Assembly (NCBI GenBank): GCA_049968335.1 | Contig: JBMFQZ010000008.1 | Location: 877-64,876, forward strand | Length of the DNA stretch: 64,000 nt | Direction: 5' to 3' | From: Verrucomicrobiia bacterium | Lineage (GTDB): Bacteria; Verrucomicrobiota; Verrucomicrobiia; Limisphaerales; JAKPVM01 | Shown: one piece after another, positions 20,774 through 32,368 of the stretch | How the letters are laid out: each line of letters starts with the position of its first letter | Position numbering within the stretch: position 1 is the stretch's first letter | The notes under the pieces: model-generated | Databases searched by the model: none | Told to the model about the DNA's origin: nothing | Seen by the model: only the letters and a program-made list of their open reading frames with translations | Position numbers and translations under genes: made by a program

Positions 20774-21415
20774 CTACTGTTGTTGAGGCGCGTTTTCGCC
20801 TTCAGGTTTTTCTGCTTCGGAAGCAACAACAGGTTCAGGTTTTTTCAGTTCCTTATCGCGCGATTGATAGATATCTTCGCGCACCCGCAGTTTCTTCAAA
20901 GCCTCAAGCGTGGCTTTTGTCAAATTCACCGGGTTGTTTGAACCCAGAGATTTGCTCAAAATGTCTTTAATTCCAGCCAATTCAAGGACGGCTCTCGGCG
21001 TCTTGCCGGCAATAACGCCAGTACCAAGGGAGGCCGGCTTTAATAAAATCTCCGATCCATCATAGCGCGAATATACCTCGTGAGGAATAGTCCCGCCGTT
21101 GAGCGAAATCTTTATCATATTGCGGCGGGCAAGGTCTCCACCCTTCCGTATGGCGTCTGACACTTCGCCGGCTTTTCCAAAGCCGATGCCGACTCTTCCG
21201 TTCTTATCGCCAACTACGACAAGCGCGCTAAAATGGAAGCGTCTGCCGCCTTTTACGACTTTTGCCGTGCGGTTGATAAAGACAACCTTTTCGGTCAACT
21301 CATCAGCCGCCTTGCTTTCAAGGGCTATGCTTTCGGCTTCATCAAGCCCTTTGCCGCGACGCGCCCTGCCGCCTCTGCCGCGATCCTCAACATCTAAATT
21401 TTTAGGTTCTGCCAC
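20774..21415 (-). CDS. rpsE: 30S ribosomal protein S5, with N- and C-terminal extensions
   Basis: Core [39 protein letters not shown]. 213 aa versus about 165-170 typical. Confidence 0.96.
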   Translation of the reverse strand: MAEPKNLDVEDRGRGGRARRGKGLDEAESIALESKAADELTEKVVFINRTAKVVKGGRRFHFSALVVVGDKNGRVGIGFGKAGEVSDAIRKGGDLARRNMIKISLNGGTIPHEVYSRYDGSEILLKPASLGTGVIAGKTPRAVLELAGIKDILSKSLGSNNPVNLTKATLEALKKLRVREDIYQSRDKELKKPEPVVASEAEKPEGENAPQQQ

Positions 21416-21432
21416 GTTTCAATCTCCTGTTA

Positions 21433-21798
21433 TTAAAAGGTTAATCCTGCCTGCCGCGCTGCATCCGCAAGCGCCTTGACCACACCGTGATATTTTTTGC
21501 CACCACGGTCAAAAACCACTTTAGCAATCCCTGCCTTTAAAGCGGCTTCAGCAGCGCGCTTGCCGATAATGGCAGCGCCTGCAACGTTTGCCTTAACCTT
21601 CCCGCGCTCGGGCAAATCTTTGTCCCGAGTAGAAGCCGAGGCAAGCGTTACGCCGCGTTCGTCGTCTATAAATTGAACGTAGATATGCTTGTTAGTAAAG
21701 CATACGCTCATCCGCGGTCGCTCCTGCGTTCCGCGCACTTTTTTCCGCACCCTGTAATGCCTCAGGGTTGCCCGTCTGTTTTTTTCTTCAACTCTCAT
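21433..21798 (-). CDS. rplR: 50S ribosomal protein L18
   Basis: [31 protein letters not shown]...[25 protein letters not shown]. Confidence 0.96.
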   Translation of the reverse strand: MRVEEKNRRATLRHYRVRKKVRGTQERPRMSVCFTNKHIYVQFIDDERGVTLASASTRDKDLPERGKVKANVAGAAIIGKRAAEAALKAGIAKVVFDRGGKKYHGVVKALADAARQAGLTF

Positions 21799-21857
21799 TT
21801 TTAACCTTGCTGTTTTCTAAGCAGCAACCTTTCAAAAATTAATTTTAAAATCCTGTA

Positions 21858-22394
21858 TTATTGGACAGTCTTGCCTTCCTTACGAATAATATGCTCGCCA
21901 ACATAGCGAATGCCTTTGCCCTTGTAAGGTTCAGGCGGATAAAACGCCCGAATATCGGCTGCAACCTGTCCAACAAGATGTTTATCCGGACCTTCTACGG
22001 TTATCTTAGTGTTTTCTTCAACCGTGATCTTAATCTGCGGCGGTATTTTATAATCGATCGGGTGTGAATAACCAAGCGTTAAATTCAGCACATTTCCCTG
22101 AACCGCTGCTTTAAATCCAACGCCTTGGATTTCAAGTTTCTTTACAAACCCTTCGGTAACACCCTTAACAAGGTTGTTCACCACTGCCCGGCTCAAACCG
22201 TGCAATGCCTTTGACCTGGCATCATCGCCTTCCCGTTTGACGTGGATTACCCCGTTTTTCAACTCGGCAGATATTGTCTCGGGCAATTCAAAATCAAGTT
22301 TGCCTTTCGGTCCTTCAACGTGGATTTTCCTGCCTTGAATCTGCACTTTTGCAGCCGGCGGAACCACAACAGGTTGTTTACCAATTCTTGACAT
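21858..22394 (-). CDS. rplF: 50S ribosomal protein L6
   Basis: MSRIGKQPVVVPPAAKV...; synteny. Confidence 0.96.
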   Translation of the reverse strand: MSRIGKQPVVVPPAAKVQIQGRKIHVEGPKGKLDFELPETISAELKNGVIHVKREGDDARSKALHGLSRAVVNNLVKGVTEGFVKKLEIQGVGFKAAVQGNVLNLTLGYSHPIDYKIPPQIKITVEENTKITVEGPDKHLVGQVAADIRAFYPPEPYKGKGIRYVGEHIIRKEGKTVQ

Positions 22395-22418
22395 AGTAGT
22401 AATTATCGGTTCAATTTT

Positions 22419-22805
22419 TTACCAGACCTGGCAGAGCAATTCTCCGCCAATATTCTTTTTGCGCGCCTCAATATTGGTCATTACGCCTTGCGATGTTGTC
22501 AAGATCGCAATTCCAAGACCGCTACGCACGCGCGGTATTTCATCAACAGAAACGTAAATCCGTTTTCCGGGTTTGCTTGCGCGTTTTAACCCTTCAATTA
22601 CTGGCGTCTTGCCGCGGTATTTGAGTTTAATTACAAGCGTTTTGATTTTATCGCCTTCCACAGCGTAATCGGCCACGTAACCTTCGCTCTTTAAAATCCG
22701 CGCTATGTTTTCTTTTAATCTTGAATGATTGACTTTCACCTCCGGCTGTAACGCCCGCGAGGCGTTGCGGATTCTTGTCAACATATCTGAAATTGGGTCT
22801 GTCAT
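22419..22805 (-). CDS. rpsH: 30S ribosomal protein S8
   Basis: MTDPISDMLTRIRNA...GGELLCQVW. Confidence 0.97.
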   Translation of the reverse strand: MTDPISDMLTRIRNASRALQPEVKVNHSRLKENIARILKSEGYVADYAVEGDKIKTLVIKLKYRGKTPVIEGLKRASKPGKRIYVSVDEIPRVRSGLGIAILTTSQGVMTNIEARKKNIGGELLCQVW

Positions 22806-22829
22806 AATCGTCTTCTAATTATTAAAATT

Positions 22830-23099
22830 TTACCAGCTTGCCTTTACAACGCCGGGTATCTGACCCGACAACGCAAGTTCGCGGAAGGTCAACCGCGAGA
22901 CCTTGAATTTTCTAATGTAAGAATGTCTCCTGCCGCTGATGGTGCAGCGGTTGACAAGTCGCACCGGGCTGGCATCGCGCGGCAATTTTGCCAGCGCTGC
23001 GTAGTCGCCCTTTGCCTTTAATTCGGCTCTTAAAGCGGCGTATTTTTTTACCGTTTCAGCCTTTCTTTTATTTCTTTCTATCCAGGATTTTTTAGCCAT
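22830..23099 (-). CDS. rpsN: 30S ribosomal protein S14, long non-zinc type
   Basis: [28 protein letters not shown]...[11 protein letters not shown]. Confidence 0.96.
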   Translation of the reverse strand: MAKKSWIERNKRKAETVKKYAALRAELKAKGDYAALAKLPRDASPVRLVNRCTISGRRHSYIRKFKVSRLTFRELALSGQIPGVVKASW

Positions 23100-23114
23100 A
23101 TTCCTATTCGTTAG

Positions 23115-23657
23115 TTATTTTTCAGCGATTGGAAAACCGAGCAATTTTAACAGGTCTTTTGCCTCTTCGTCAGATTTTGCCGTTGTGACAATTGTTATAT
23201 CCATACCTTGAGGCCGTTTTATTTTATCAAGCTCAATCTCCGGAAATATTGTCTGCTCCGCAATGCCAAAGGAATAGTTGCCTTTGCCGTCAAATGAGCG
23301 CGGGCTCAAACCGCGGAAGTCGCGGATTCGCGGCAACGCCGCGGCAACGAGTCTGTCAAAAAATTCATACATAACCTCTCGCCGCAACGTAACGTGGCAA
23401 CCAATTGGCTGTCCTTTGCGCAATTTGAAATTGGATACGCTCTTGCGCGACTTGTCTATTACAGGTTTTCTCCCTGTTATTTGCGCAAGGTCTTTTGCCG
23501 CGTCGTCAACAGCCGTTTTTTCAAGCGACGCGCTCACGCCCATATGAATGACAATCTTTTCAAGGCGCGGCACTTCGTGGATGTTCTTATACTTCCATTT
23601 CTCAATCAGCGCCTTTCGCACTTCTTTCTCGTATTTTTCCTGTAGTCTCGGTTTCAT
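23115..23657 (-). CDS. rplE: 50S ribosomal protein L5
   Basis: [13 protein letters not shown]...[17 protein letters not shown]... Confidence 0.97.
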   Translation of the reverse strand: MKPRLQEKYEKEVRKALIEKWKYKNIHEVPRLEKIVIHMGVSASLEKTAVDDAAKDLAQITGRKPVIDKSRKSVSNFKLRKGQPIGCHVTLRREVMYEFFDRLVAAALPRIRDFRGLSPRSFDGKGNYSFGIAEQTIFPEIELDKIKRPQGMDITIVTTAKSDEEAKDLLKLLGFPIAEK

Positions 23658-23700
23658 TTGCCAGTAATGTATTAAATTTATCTAAAAATCCAGATTTAAA

Positions 23701-23988
23701 TTACTTTGCCGCTTCTGTTGTTTGTTTAGCGGTTGGGTGTTTTGCCCTGCGGGAGTCGTATTCTTCTGCAAGCATCACATTTGAGATGTGAACTGTTCCT
23801 TCCCGCTCAATAATCGCGCCTTGCGGATGCAACTGGCTTTTGCGCATATGCTTTTTGATCATCTTTACGCCTTCAACCAGAACCCGCTGTTTTTTAGGCA
23901 AAACCTCAATTACCTTGCCGCGTTTGCCTTTTTCTGTGCCGGCTATCACCACGACTATGTCGCCTTTTTTAATATGGCATTTTTGCAT
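23701..23988 (-). CDS. rplX: 50S ribosomal protein L24
   Basis: KOW motif [22 protein letters not shown]. Confidence 0.95.
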   Translation of the reverse strand: MQKCHIKKGDIVVVIAGTEKGKRGKVIEVLPKKQRVLVEGVKMIKKHMRKSQLHPQGAIIEREGTVHISNVMLAEEYDSRRAKHPTAKQTTEAAK

Positions 23989-23990
23989 AA

Positions 23991-24356
23991 TTAAACTACC
24001 TCCGGAGCAAGAGAAATAATTTTCATAAACTTAAGGTCGCGCAATTCCCGCGCAACAGGTCCAAAGATACGGTTGCCTTTTGGATTGCGTTCCTTATCTA
24101 TAATAACCACTGCGTTGGAATCAAATCGCAAGCAGGAGCCATCGCTGCGGCGAATGGTGTTTCTTGTTCTAACAACCACCGCGTCCACAACCTCGCCTTT
24201 CTTGACCATGCCATCGGGCGCCGCTTCTTTTATATGAACCTTTATAATATCGCCAACGTGGGCATAAGTCTGGTTCCGTCCTAAAACGCCAATCATCGCG
24301 GCGCGTTTAGCGCCCGTATTATCGGCAACATCAAGAATTGATCTAACCTGCAACAT
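23991..24356 (-). CDS. rplN: 50S ribosomal protein L14
   Basis: [17 protein letters not shown]... Confidence 0.97.
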   Translation of the reverse strand: MLQVRSILDVADNTGAKRAAMIGVLGRNQTYAHVGDIIKVHIKEAAPDGMVKKGEVVDAVVVRTRNTIRRSDGSCLRFDSNAVVIIDKERNPKGNRIFGPVARELRDLKFMKIISLAPEVV

Positions 24357-24383
24357 ACTTCTTACTCCCTCAATTTAATCAGT

Positions 24384-24683
24384 TTATTCTTTCTCAGCGA
24401 CGGCTCGGTCGGCGCGTTCAATCACTTCAACAAGCCGCCACCGTTTCAACTTCGAAATCGGCCGCGTCTCCTCAATCCGCACAATGTCGCCAACCTTTGC
24501 CTCTTCTTTTTCGTCGTGAACGTAAAACTTTTTATATTTTGATATAACTTTCTTAAACTTCGGATGTTGCACCCGGCGATGCACCTCGACTACAATCGTC
24601 TTATGCATCTTATCGGACACCACAACCCCGATTCGTTCCTTCCTGACCCCTCGCGAAATTGCTGTTGTATTTGATTCTGACAT
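24384..24683 (-). CDS. rpsQ: 30S ribosomal protein S17
   Basis: [32 protein letters not shown]. Confidence 0.96.
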   Translation of the reverse strand: MSESNTTAISRGVRKERIGVVVSDKMHKTIVVEVHRRVQHPKFKKVISKYKKFYVHDEKEEAKVGDIVRIEETRPISKLKRWRLVEVIERADRAVAEKE

Positions 24684-24708
24684 ATAATTTAAAATTGTTT
24701 AAGGTTTA

Positions 24709-24936
24709 TTACTTGGTCTCAACCTTCTGTTCGTTTTGCTGTTTCTTCAACTGGCTCAAACGCGTCTGAATACGCGCTATGTTCTTGCGCAGCTCGCGGA
24801 TGCGGTGCGGCTTCTCCAGTTGACTGCTCGTCTTTTGCAAATTCAAATTGAATAATTCCTGCCGCATATCGCGCTCTTTGGCAAGCAATTCTGTCAAAGT
24901 AAGGTCTATTAATTCTTTCATCTTCATAAGGTTCAA
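24709..24936 (-). CDS. rpmC: 50S ribosomal protein L29
   Basis: MKELIDLTLTELLAKERDMRQELFNLNLQ; synteny between rplP and rpsQ. Confidence 0.93.
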   Translation of the reverse strand: MNLMKMKELIDLTLTELLAKERDMRQELFNLNLQKTSSQLEKPHRIRELRKNIARIQTRLSQLKKQQNEQKVETK

Positions 24937-24947
24937 AGATTAATTGC

Positions 24948-25358
24948 TTAATGGTGTCTTGTTATAAAACGAGTTTTTATCGGCAACTTGGTCGCCGCAA
25001 GCCGCAACGCCTCGCGCGCGAGTGACTCTGGAACACCGTCAATCTCAAACAGAATGTTTGCCGGGCGAACAACCGCAATCCAGGATTCAACAGGTCCTTT
25101 GCCCTTACCCATTCTTGTCTCAAGCGGCTTTTTAGTTATACTCTTTTGCGGGAAAACCCGTATCCACATCTTGCCGCGACGTTTCATATGACGGTTAATC
25201 GCAACGCGCGCCGCTTCAATCTGCTTTGTATCAAGCCAGCACCGCTCAAGCGCCTGCAAACCAAACTCGCCAAACGCAAGCGTGGAACCGCGATAGGCAA
25301 TCCCGGCGCGGTTTCCGCGTTGCATCTTGCGATACTTAACTCTTTGTGGCATCAACAT
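24948..25358 (-). CDS. rplP: 50S ribosomal protein L16
   Basis: [15 protein letters not shown]... Confidence 0.97.
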   Translation of the reverse strand: MLMPQRVKYRKMQRGNRAGIAYRGSTLAFGEFGLQALERCWLDTKQIEAARVAINRHMKRRGKMWIRVFPQKSITKKPLETRMGKGKGPVESWIAVVRPANILFEIDGVPESLAREALRLAATKLPIKTRFITRHH

Positions 25359-25380
25359 AGTAACAATCCTCCATCTTTAT

Positions 25381-26067
25381 TTATTTGCCGGAATTTTCAA
25401 ATGCCACAGGCGCCTGAGTTTTAACCTGCGGTCGTTCCGGCTTTGTTGTTTCGCCTTTGCAAATCCAGACCTTTATCCCGATTTTTCCGTAAACCGTATG
25501 CGCCTCCGCAAAACCGTAGTCAATGTTTGCGCGCAAGGTGTGCAAAGGAACGCTTCCTTTTAAATATTGTTCGGCTCGGGCAAGTTCAGCTCCGCCAAGT
25601 CGTCCTGAAAGTCTGATCCTGATACCCTCAGCGCCAAGGTCCATCGCTGTTTGAACAGCCCGCTTCATAGCGCGCCTGAACGAAACACGTCTCTCCAACT
25701 GTATGGCAATACCCTCGGCAACCAATTGGGCGTCAAGCTCAGGCTGCTTGACCTCTATAACATCAATGTATACCTCTTTGTTCGTCATCTTGACCAACTC
25801 TTCGCGGAGTTTGTCAAGTTCGCTCCCTTTTCTGCCAACAATAATCGCCGGTCGCGCCGTGTGTATGGTTACTCTGCACCTGCTGGCGGCGCGCTCGATC
25901 ACTATTTTTGATACCGATGCCGGTTCAAATTTGCTCTTTATTAGACGGCGGATTTTAAAATCCTCCACTAACAGGTCCCCGAATGTCTTCTTCGGTGCAT
26001 ACCATTTTGATCGCCAGTCTTTGTTAACGGCGAGTCGCAGTCCAATTGGATTTGTTTTTTGACCCAT
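25381..26067 (-). CDS. rpsC: 30S ribosomal protein S3
   Basis: [23 protein letters not shown]...; KH domain. Confidence 0.97.
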   Translation of the reverse strand: MGQKTNPIGLRLAVNKDWRSKWYAPKKTFGDLLVEDFKIRRLIKSKFEPASVSKIVIERAASRCRVTIHTARPAIIVGRKGSELDKLREELVKMTNKEVYIDVIEVKQPELDAQLVAEGIAIQLERRVSFRRAMKRAVQTAMDLGAEGIRIRLSGRLGGAELARAEQYLKGSVPLHTLRANIDYGFAEAHTVYGKIGIKVWICKGETTKPERPQVKTQAPVAFENSGK

Positions 26068-26082
26068 ATATTACAAGATTCT

Positions 26083-26427
26083 TTATTTTTGATCTGATAA
26101 AATGATTCGTATATGACAGCTCCGTTTTAAAATCGGACCGGCGCTTCCGCGAGCCTTCGGCATCCATCTCTTCAATGACGGTCCAGTGAGCGCAACGGCT
26201 TCTTTAACTATTAAAGTGTCGGCTTTGAGTTTGTGGTTGTTCTCCGCGTTGGCAATCGCCGAGTTGAGCGTCTTTAAAACAAGCCTTGCCGATTTTCTCG
26301 GCACATACTGGAGAACTGCAACAGCCTGACGCGCGGGAAGCCCCTGAATTTGACGGGTAACTTCTCGCACCTTCTGCGCCGACATTCGGTTCCGTTTTGT
26401 AATCGCTTTGACTTCCATAGTAATCAC
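26083..26427 (-). CDS. rplV: 50S ribosomal protein L22
   Basis: [16 protein letters not shown]...; overlaps the rpsS stop by 4 nt. Confidence 0.95.
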   Translation of the reverse strand: MITMEVKAITKRNRMSAQKVREVTRQIQGLPARQAVAVLQYVPRKSARLVLKTLNSAIANAENNHKLKADTLIVKEAVALTGPSLKRWMPKARGSAGPILKRSCHIRIILSDQK

Positions 26428-26705
26428 TTCGCCTCCGCCTTCGCTGTGTGAGCGCCGTGTTTCTTGAATATGCGCGTTAATGAAAATTCGCCAAGTCTGT
26501 GACCAACCATATTTTCAGTCACATACACCGTATTGAATACCTTGCCGCTATGAACGTTAAAGGTTAAACCAACAAATTCGGGCGTTATTACAGAGCGACG
26601 CGACCACGTCTTTATCGGCGCCCGTGAACCGCTCTCTTTTGCCTTGCGGATTTTCTCCTGCAGATGTAAGTCTACAAATGGACCTTTTTTAATTGATCTT
26701 CCCAT
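26424..26705 (-). CDS. rpsS: 30S ribosomal protein S19
   Basis: [15 protein letters not shown]...GHRLGEF. Confidence 0.97.
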   Translation of the reverse strand: MGRSIKKGPFVDLHLQEKIRKAKESGSRAPIKTWSRRSVITPEFVGLTFNVHSGKVFNTVYVTENMVGHRLGEFSLTRIFKKHGAHTAKAEAK

Positions 26706-26720
26706 AAGCCTGCTAAATCA

Positions 26721-27575
26721 TTATTTGCGTTTCATTGGTCGTCCATCGCGTCTTATAACGATGAACCGATTTGAATATTTTCTCCTATTCCGTGTCTTAT
26801 AACCCTTCGCAAGCAATCCCCACGGCGATGTCAACTGCTGCCAGCCACCACCGCTCTTGCTCTTGCCGGCGCCGCCGCCGTTAGGATGGTCAACCGGGTT
26901 TCTTGATACACCGCGGTTCACAGGACGAATTCCTAAATGCCGCGACTTGCCGGCTTTTCCTAAAATCACATTCTCATGCTCAAGGTTGCTCACCTGCCCG
27001 ATCGTTGCGTAACAATTTTCATTTATCTTCCGTATCTCGCCGCTTGGCAGTTTAACCTGTGCATAACCACCATCGCGCGACATCAATATTGCAACCGACC
27101 CCGCCGAACGAACTATTTGACCGCCTCTGCCGGGTTTTAATTCAATATTGTGAATCTGCAACCCAACAGGTATGTTCTTTAACGGAAGAGAGTTGCCAAT
27201 TTCCGGAGACGCATCCGGACCGCTCATCACCTTTGCCCCAACCTTGAGCCCTTCAGGGGCAAGTATGTAACGTTTCTCGCCGTCTTTATATTTTATCAGC
27301 GCAATCCTTGCTGACCTGCAAGGATCATATTCAATTGCTTCAACAACCGCTTCTATCCCGTGCTTGTTACGTTTGAAATCCACAAGGCGGATCTTCTGCT
27401 TGTTTCCGCCGCCTATTCCGCGCGCAGTCACACGACCGTAGCAGTTGCGTCCGCCGGTCTTTTTGCGCGGTTCTGTCAGTTTTTTCTCCGGCTTTGTCTT
27501 TGTTATCTCCTCAAAAGACGCTACTGTCATAAAGCGTCTTGTGGGCGTATACGGTTTAAATGTTTTAACAGCCAT
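26721..27575 (-). CDS. rplB: 50S ribosomal protein L2
   Basis: [17 protein letters not shown]...[10 protein letters not shown]. Confidence 0.97.
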   Translation of the reverse strand: MAVKTFKPYTPTRRFMTVASFEEITKTKPEKKLTEPRKKTGGRNCYGRVTARGIGGGNKQKIRLVDFKRNKHGIEAVVEAIEYDPCRSARIALIKYKDGEKRYILAPEGLKVGAKVMSGPDASPEIGNSLPLKNIPVGLQIHNIELKPGRGGQIVRSAGSVAILMSRDGGYAQVKLPSGEIRKINENCYATIGQVSNLEHENVILGKAGKSRHLGIRPVNRGVSRNPVDHPNGGGAGKSKSGGGWQQLTSPWGLLAKGYKTRNRRKYSNRFIVIRRDGRPMKRK

Positions 27576-27595
27576 AGTAGTAAAACTCCATTTAA

Positions 27596-27877
27596 TTATG
27601 TTAATATTATTTTGTCGCCTTCCTTCAGCGTCACAATAGCCTTCTTCCAGTCTGGGGCTTTGCCTGCCTGCGTCGTGTACTGGCGGCGCGGTTTTCCCCG
27701 AACATTCAAAGTATTTATTTTTACAACTTTAACTTTAAACAATTCTTCAACCGCCTTCTTAATCTGGTATTTATTGGCGCGCTTATCAACCATAAGTGTA
27801 TATTGATTATACTTTTCGGTCTGGCGCGTCCCTTTTTCCGTCAATCTCGCGGTTTTAATTATCTCAAAGGAGTTCAT
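27596..27877 (-). CDS. rplW: 50S ribosomal protein L23
   Basis: Typical L23 length and [23 protein letters not shown]; synteny. Confidence 0.94.
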   Translation of the reverse strand: MNSFEIIKTARLTEKGTRQTEKYNQYTLMVDKRANKYQIKKAVEELFKVKVVKINTLNVRGKPRRQYTTQAGKAPDWKKAIVTLKEGDKIILT

Positions 27878-28536
27878 ACGGCAACCTCTTTATTTTGTTT
27901 CTGGTCTTCTTTTGTGTCCATCAATCTCTCTTCCACTATTTCAAAAGCCTTTTTTGTAAACAGAATTTTTTCGTATCTTAAAGCTTGATAGGTATTAAGG
28001 TCTTTTGCGGTCGTTATTTCAACCCCAGCAACGTTTCTTGAAGCAAGCATAAGGTTGTTATCTACTGTTTCAACAACAACCAGTAAAGAGCAGTTAAGGT
28101 CTAATGATTGCAAAAGGGCAGTAAATTCTTTTGTTTTCGGCGCCGCCAGAGCAATACTATCCACTATCACCACTTCTCCCGCTTTAAGCCGTTCGCTCAA
28201 CGCCTTCCTAAACGCGAGTTTCTTAGTTCTTGCATTGATCTTGACGCTAAAATCGCGCGGTTTAGGACCGAAAACCACACCGCCGCCTCTCCACAACGGA
28301 GATTGGAATGAACCTGCTCTTGCGCGACCGGTTCCTTTTTGACGCCACGGTTTTTTGCCCGTTCCCGCTACCTCGCCCATTGTTTTTGTGCAGGCAGTTC
28401 CCATTCTCTGGTTGGCAAGATAGGCAACAACAACATCGTGCACAGCCTGAGCGCCGCGGTTGTCCTCAATCACCTCAAACCGCACATCATAGTCGCCAGT
28501 CTGGTTACCTTTCAAATCTTTAATTGCTACTTTCAT
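27874..28536 (-). CDS. rplD: 50S ribosomal protein L4
   Basis: [18 protein letters not shown]...[17 protein letters not shown]. Confidence 0.96.
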   Translation of the reverse strand: MKVAIKDLKGNQTGDYDVRFEVIEDNRGAQAVHDVVVAYLANQRMGTACTKTMGEVAGTGKKPWRQKGTGRARAGSFQSPLWRGGGVVFGPKPRDFSVKINARTKKLAFRKALSERLKAGEVVIVDSIALAAPKTKEFTALLQSLDLNCSLLVVVETVDNNLMLASRNVAGVEITTAKDLNTYQALRYEKILFTKKAFEIVEERLMDTKEDQKQNKEVAV

Positions 28537-28571
28537 TTCTCAACCCTGATTTAATCTGTTCAAATTGTTTA

Positions 28572-29270
28572 TCACTTCTTGGCGGCGGTCTTCGCCTTTG
28601 CAGTCTTGACCGGCGCCGGGGCTTTCTTCTTTGGAGTGCCTTTTGGTTTTTTCTTGCTCTCGCGGATTATCACATAATCGCCTTCAGCCCCTGGCATTGA
28701 ACCTTTGATAAGCAGGATGTTATCCTCTTCAAGGACTTTAACGACTTCCAGATTTTGAACGGTCCTGCGAACCTGCCCCATATGGCCAGCCATCTTCATC
28801 CCGCGTTGAACGGTTCCCGGAAATGACCTCTGCCCGATTGCGCCCGGACGTCTGTGCCATCCCTTTGAACCGTGCGTCAGATCGCCCCCGCGAAAACCGT
28901 GACGGGCAACCACGCCTTCAAAACCGCGCCCTTTTGTGATCCCGATGCAATCAACAAAATCGCCCGGAGCAAAAATCTTCGGACCGATCACATCGCCAGG
29001 CTTTACAGGAAGGGTAAAGTTCCTAAACTCTTTAATCTCTTTTACCGCAACGCCGTTGTATTTCTTTATGTGGCCGAGCAACGGCTTGTTGAGCCTGTGC
29101 TCTTTCTGCGGGTCAAACCCCAGTTGCACAGCGCTGTAGCCGTCTGTTTCAACGGTCTTGCATTGCAGAACGTAGTTCGGTCCGGCAAGAATGACCGTCA
29201 CCGGCACAATGTTACCTTCGGCGTCGTAGACGCGCGTGTGACCAAGTTTTTTTCCTATCAAACCTATCAT
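28572..29270 (-). CDS. rplC: 50S ribosomal protein L3, with a K/A-rich C-terminal tail
   Basis: MIGLIGKKLGHTRVYD...GKGFEGVVARHGF... Confidence 0.96.
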   Translation of the reverse strand: MIGLIGKKLGHTRVYDAEGNIVPVTVILAGPNYVLQCKTVETDGYSAVQLGFDPQKEHRLNKPLLGHIKKYNGVAVKEIKEFRNFTLPVKPGDVIGPKIFAPGDFVDCIGITKGRGFEGVVARHGFRGGDLTHGSKGWHRRPGAIGQRSFPGTVQRGMKMAGHMGQVRRTVQNLEVVKVLEEDNILLIKGSMPGAEGDYVIIRESKKKPKGTPKKKAPAPVKTAKAKTAAKK

Positions 29271-29284
29271 ATAAAAACAGAGAG

Positions 29285-29593
29285 TTATAATTTAATGGCA
29301 ACGTCAATGCCCGCTGGCAAGTTTAATTTTTTCAATTCATCCACAGTCTTAGCCGACGGGTCTATTATGTACAGCAACCGCTTGTGTGTTCGCTGTTCAA
29401 AGGTTTCCATTGATTTTTTATCGGCATGCGGCGACCGATGCACCGTGAAGCGCTCAACGCGCGTCGGAAGCGGTATCGGACCAGACAGCCGCGAGCCTGT
29501 TCGCTTAACCGTCTCAACTATCTCTTTGACGGCTTGGTCTATCAATCTATGGTCGTAAGCCTTAACTTTAATTCTTATTGTTTGATTAGCCAT
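29285..29593 (-). CDS. rpsJ: 30S ribosomal protein S10
   Basis: [28 protein letters not shown]... Confidence 0.97.
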   Translation of the reverse strand: MANQTIRIKVKAYDHRLIDQAVKEIVETVKRTGSRLSGPIPLPTRVERFTVHRSPHADKKSMETFEQRTHKRLLYIIDPSAKTVDELKKLNLPAGIDVAIKL

Positions 29594-29614
29594 AAATTCT
29601 CATCATAAAATTGT

Positions 29615-31789
29615 TTAACTTCTTGCCGCCGGCTTCCCGACCGCTTGGTCAAGAAGGGCGCTCTGTATGTTAGCAGGCACCGGTTCAAATCGCAACGGTT
29701 CCATTGAATACGAGGCTCTGCCTTTTGAGAGCGAGCGGATCGCCGTAGCGTATCCGAACATCTCAGCCAGCGGAACCTCTGCGCTAACCACCACAAGGTT
29801 GCCTTTTACTTCAATCCCGGTTATCCTTCCGCGTCTGCGGTTTAAATCGCCGAGCAGATCGCCCTGATATTCATCCGGCGTCGTCAACTCAACCTTCATT
29901 ATCGGCTCAAGTATAACCGGATTGCCTTTTTTAACAGCGTCTTTTAGCGCAAAAATTCCCGCCATTTTAAACGCTAATTCGCTGGAGTCAACCTCATGAT
30001 AAGAACCATCAACAATTTCAACATTCAGGTCTATGACTTCATACCCCGCGTAGACGCCGCTCTTTGCAGCCTCTCTGATTCCATCTTCAATCGCAGGAAT
30101 ATATTCTTTCGGAATCACGCCGCCAACGATTTTGTTGAGTATAATTAATCCGCTTCCGCGCTCGGCTGGCGAAACATTTATAACAACGTGACCGTACTGA
30201 CCGCGTCCGCCGGATTGACGGATAAACTTACCTTCGCCGCTGGCTGGTTTTGTCATCGTTTCGCGATACGCTATCTGCGGAGCGCCGGCGTTTGCTTCAA
30301 CTTTAAATTCGCGGAAAAGCCTGTCGCGAATAATGTCAAGATGAAGTTCGCCCATACCGGCAATAATAAGTTGACCGGTCTCCTGGTTTGTGTAAACGCG
30401 GAATGTCGGGTCTTCCTCGGCAAGCCGTTGCAGACCTTCAGAAAGTTTTTCACGATCGGCCTTTGTTTTTGGCTCAACCGCCATTGAAATAACCGGCTCT
30501 GGGAAGGTCGGCGGCTCAAGAGTTACTTCAAAGTCTTCATCGCAAAGGGTGTCGCCGGTGCTTATGTTTTTCAAACCAACCAGCGCCGCGATATCGCCCG
30601 AATAAACCTTTTCAACATCAATCCGCTTGTCTGCTTGAATCATCATCAAACGGTTAACTCTCTCCCGTTTGCGGGTTCGCGGATTGTATATGATATCGCC
30701 CTTTTTGAGTTGCCCGCTGTAAACGCGGAAGAAGACAAGTTTGCCAGCATAGGCGTCAGTCCAGAGTTTGAACGCAAGGGCGCAAAACTTTCCGTTATCG
30801 TCTGAACGAACCTCTACGATATCGCCCGTCGCCGGGTTCTGTCCTGTGGCAGGCGGAATGTCAAGCGGCGACGGCAGATAATCAACTACCGCGTCAATAA
30901 GCGGATGCACCGCGCGTTTTTTAAACGCCGAGCCGCAAAGAACAGGAACAAATTCAAGTTTACAGGTCAAACGACGGATAGCGGCTTTTAAAACCTGCGG
31001 CGGAACTGGTTTGTCTTCTATGACAAGTTCAGCAACCTCGTCGTCTTTGTTTGCCACCGCGTTAATAAGTTCGTGCAACGCCGCCTTTGCCGCCTCTTTC
31101 AAATCGGCTGGGATTTCGGTAATCTCAAACGTCATACCGAATTCATCCGACGGATCGTAGATAATAGCCTTCTGGTTGATAACATCCACGACGCCGATGA
31201 AATTTTCTTCCTTGCCAATCGGTAGTTGAACCGGATGAACATTCGGATCAAGTTTCTTGCGCATCTCTTCCACAACCCGGAAGAAGTCTGCCCCGACTCT
31301 ATCCATTTTGTTTACAAAAGCGATACGGGGAACCCGATATTTTGTTGCCTGACGCCATACGGTTTCAGATTGCGGTTGCACGCCGCCTACGCCGCAGAAC
31401 ACTGCAATCGCGCCGTCAAGCACGCGCATTGAACGTTCAACCTCGGCTGTAAAATCTACGTGTCCAGGGGTGTCAATGATGTTTATCCTGTGCGGAATGC
31501 CCGTAAAAAGTTTTACACAACTGTCTTGCTTTGGCGTCCAGTAACAGGTTGTAGCAGCCGAAGTGATTGTTATGCCCCGCTCGCGCTCCTGTTCCATCCA
31601 ATCGGTTACAGTGTTTCCATCATCAACATCGCCCATTCTGTGAATAAGCCCGGTATAGAACAAGATGCGTTCGGTAGTAGTCGTCTTGCCGGCATCAATA
31701 TGCGCAGCAATACCTATGTTGCGCGTACACTCCAGCGAATACGGCCGGTCAGGCGCATTAACCGATTTATTTTCCACAATAGTTTCCAT
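29615..31789 (-). CDS. fusA: Translation elongation factor G
   Basis: G1 motif [19 protein letters not shown]; DTPGHVDF; NKMDR; five-domain length of 724 aa; synteny after rpsG. Confidence 0.97.
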   Translation of the reverse strand: METIVENKSVNAPDRPYSLECTRNIGIAAHIDAGKTTTTERILFYTGLIHRMGDVDDGNTVTDWMEQERERGITITSAATTCYWTPKQDSCVKLFTGIPHRINIIDTPGHVDFTAEVERSMRVLDGAIAVFCGVGGVQPQSETVWRQATKYRVPRIAFVNKMDRVGADFFRVVEEMRKKLDPNVHPVQLPIGKEENFIGVVDVINQKAIIYDPSDEFGMTFEITEIPADLKEAAKAALHELINAVANKDDEVAELVIEDKPVPPQVLKAAIRRLTCKLEFVPVLCGSAFKKRAVHPLIDAVVDYLPSPLDIPPATGQNPATGDIVEVRSDDNGKFCALAFKLWTDAYAGKLVFFRVYSGQLKKGDIIYNPRTRKRERVNRLMMIQADKRIDVEKVYSGDIAALVGLKNISTGDTLCDEDFEVTLEPPTFPEPVISMAVEPKTKADREKLSEGLQRLAEEDPTFRVYTNQETGQLIIAGMGELHLDIIRDRLFREFKVEANAGAPQIAYRETMTKPASGEGKFIRQSGGRGQYGHVVINVSPAERGSGLIILNKIVGGVIPKEYIPAIEDGIREAAKSGVYAGYEVIDLNVEIVDGSYHEVDSSELAFKMAGIFALKDAVKKGNPVILEPIMKVELTTPDEYQGDLLGDLNRRRGRITGIEVKGNLVVVSAEVPLAEMFGYATAIRSLSKGRASYSMEPLRFEPVPANIQSALLDQAVGKPAARS

Positions 31790-31815
31790 TACAATAAATT
31801 AACCTTCAAATAGAC

Positions 31816-31858
31816 TAAAAATGCCCCGCGTTTCAAAATAGGTTTTGGGGCATTTTTA
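31816..31858 (-). terminator. Terminator/attenuator-like hairpin between rpsG and fusA
   Basis: Perfect 11-bp inverted repeat, AAAAATGCCCC (31817-31827) and GGGGCATTTTT (31847-31857). On the minus strand the GC-rich stem is followed by TTTTT. It lies 12 nt after the rpsG stop and about 27 nt before the fusA ATG. Confidence 0.5.
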
Positions 31859-31869
31859 TAAAATCCAAA

Positions 31870-32340
31870 TTACCATCTAAAATGGGCAAATGCCTTGTTT
31901 GCTTGAGCCATTTTATGGACTTCATCGCGTTTTTTAATGGCATTGCCCTGCCCCTGAAAAGCTTCCATAATTTCTGCCGCAAGGGCATCTTTCATAGGAA
32001 CACCCTTTCTTGAATCAGCAAAGTTAACAATCCAGCGAAGCGCCAGCGACATCTGTCTGTCTGGCGGCACTTCCATCGGCACCTGATAAGTGGCGCCGCC
32101 AACGCGCCGCGATTTAACTTCAAGCCGCGGTTTGGCGTTTTCCACCGCTTTCTGCAATACTTCAAGCGGTGTTGTCTGCTGGTTCTTTTTAGCAATTGCA
32201 TCAAGGGCGCCGTAAACAATCTTTTGGGCGATGGTCTTTTTGCCGCATTCCATCACCGTGTTTATTAAACGGGTAACCAGCACGCTATGATACTTGCTGT
32301 CTTCAACAACCGGTCTTTTTTCTGCCCTGCGACGTCTCAT
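31870..32340 (-). CDS. rpsG: 30S ribosomal protein S7
   Basis: [27 protein letters not shown]... Confidence 0.97.
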   Translation of the reverse strand: MRRRRAEKRPVVEDSKYHSVLVTRLINTVMECGKKTIAQKIVYGALDAIAKKNQQTTPLEVLQKAVENAKPRLEVKSRRVGGATYQVPMEVPPDRQMSLALRWIVNFADSRKGVPMKDALAAEIMEAFQGQGNAIKKRDEVHKMAQANKAFAHFRW

Positions 32341-32368
32341 AAAATTCCTTAAAATTCAGTTAATGTTG

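Noticed and set aside
18850-20774. Possible pseudogene remnants of adk (between secY and map) and rpmD (between rpsE and rplO).
   Set aside because: The spacers are only 34 nt and 20 nt, too short to hold remnants, so the genes are simply not at these positions.
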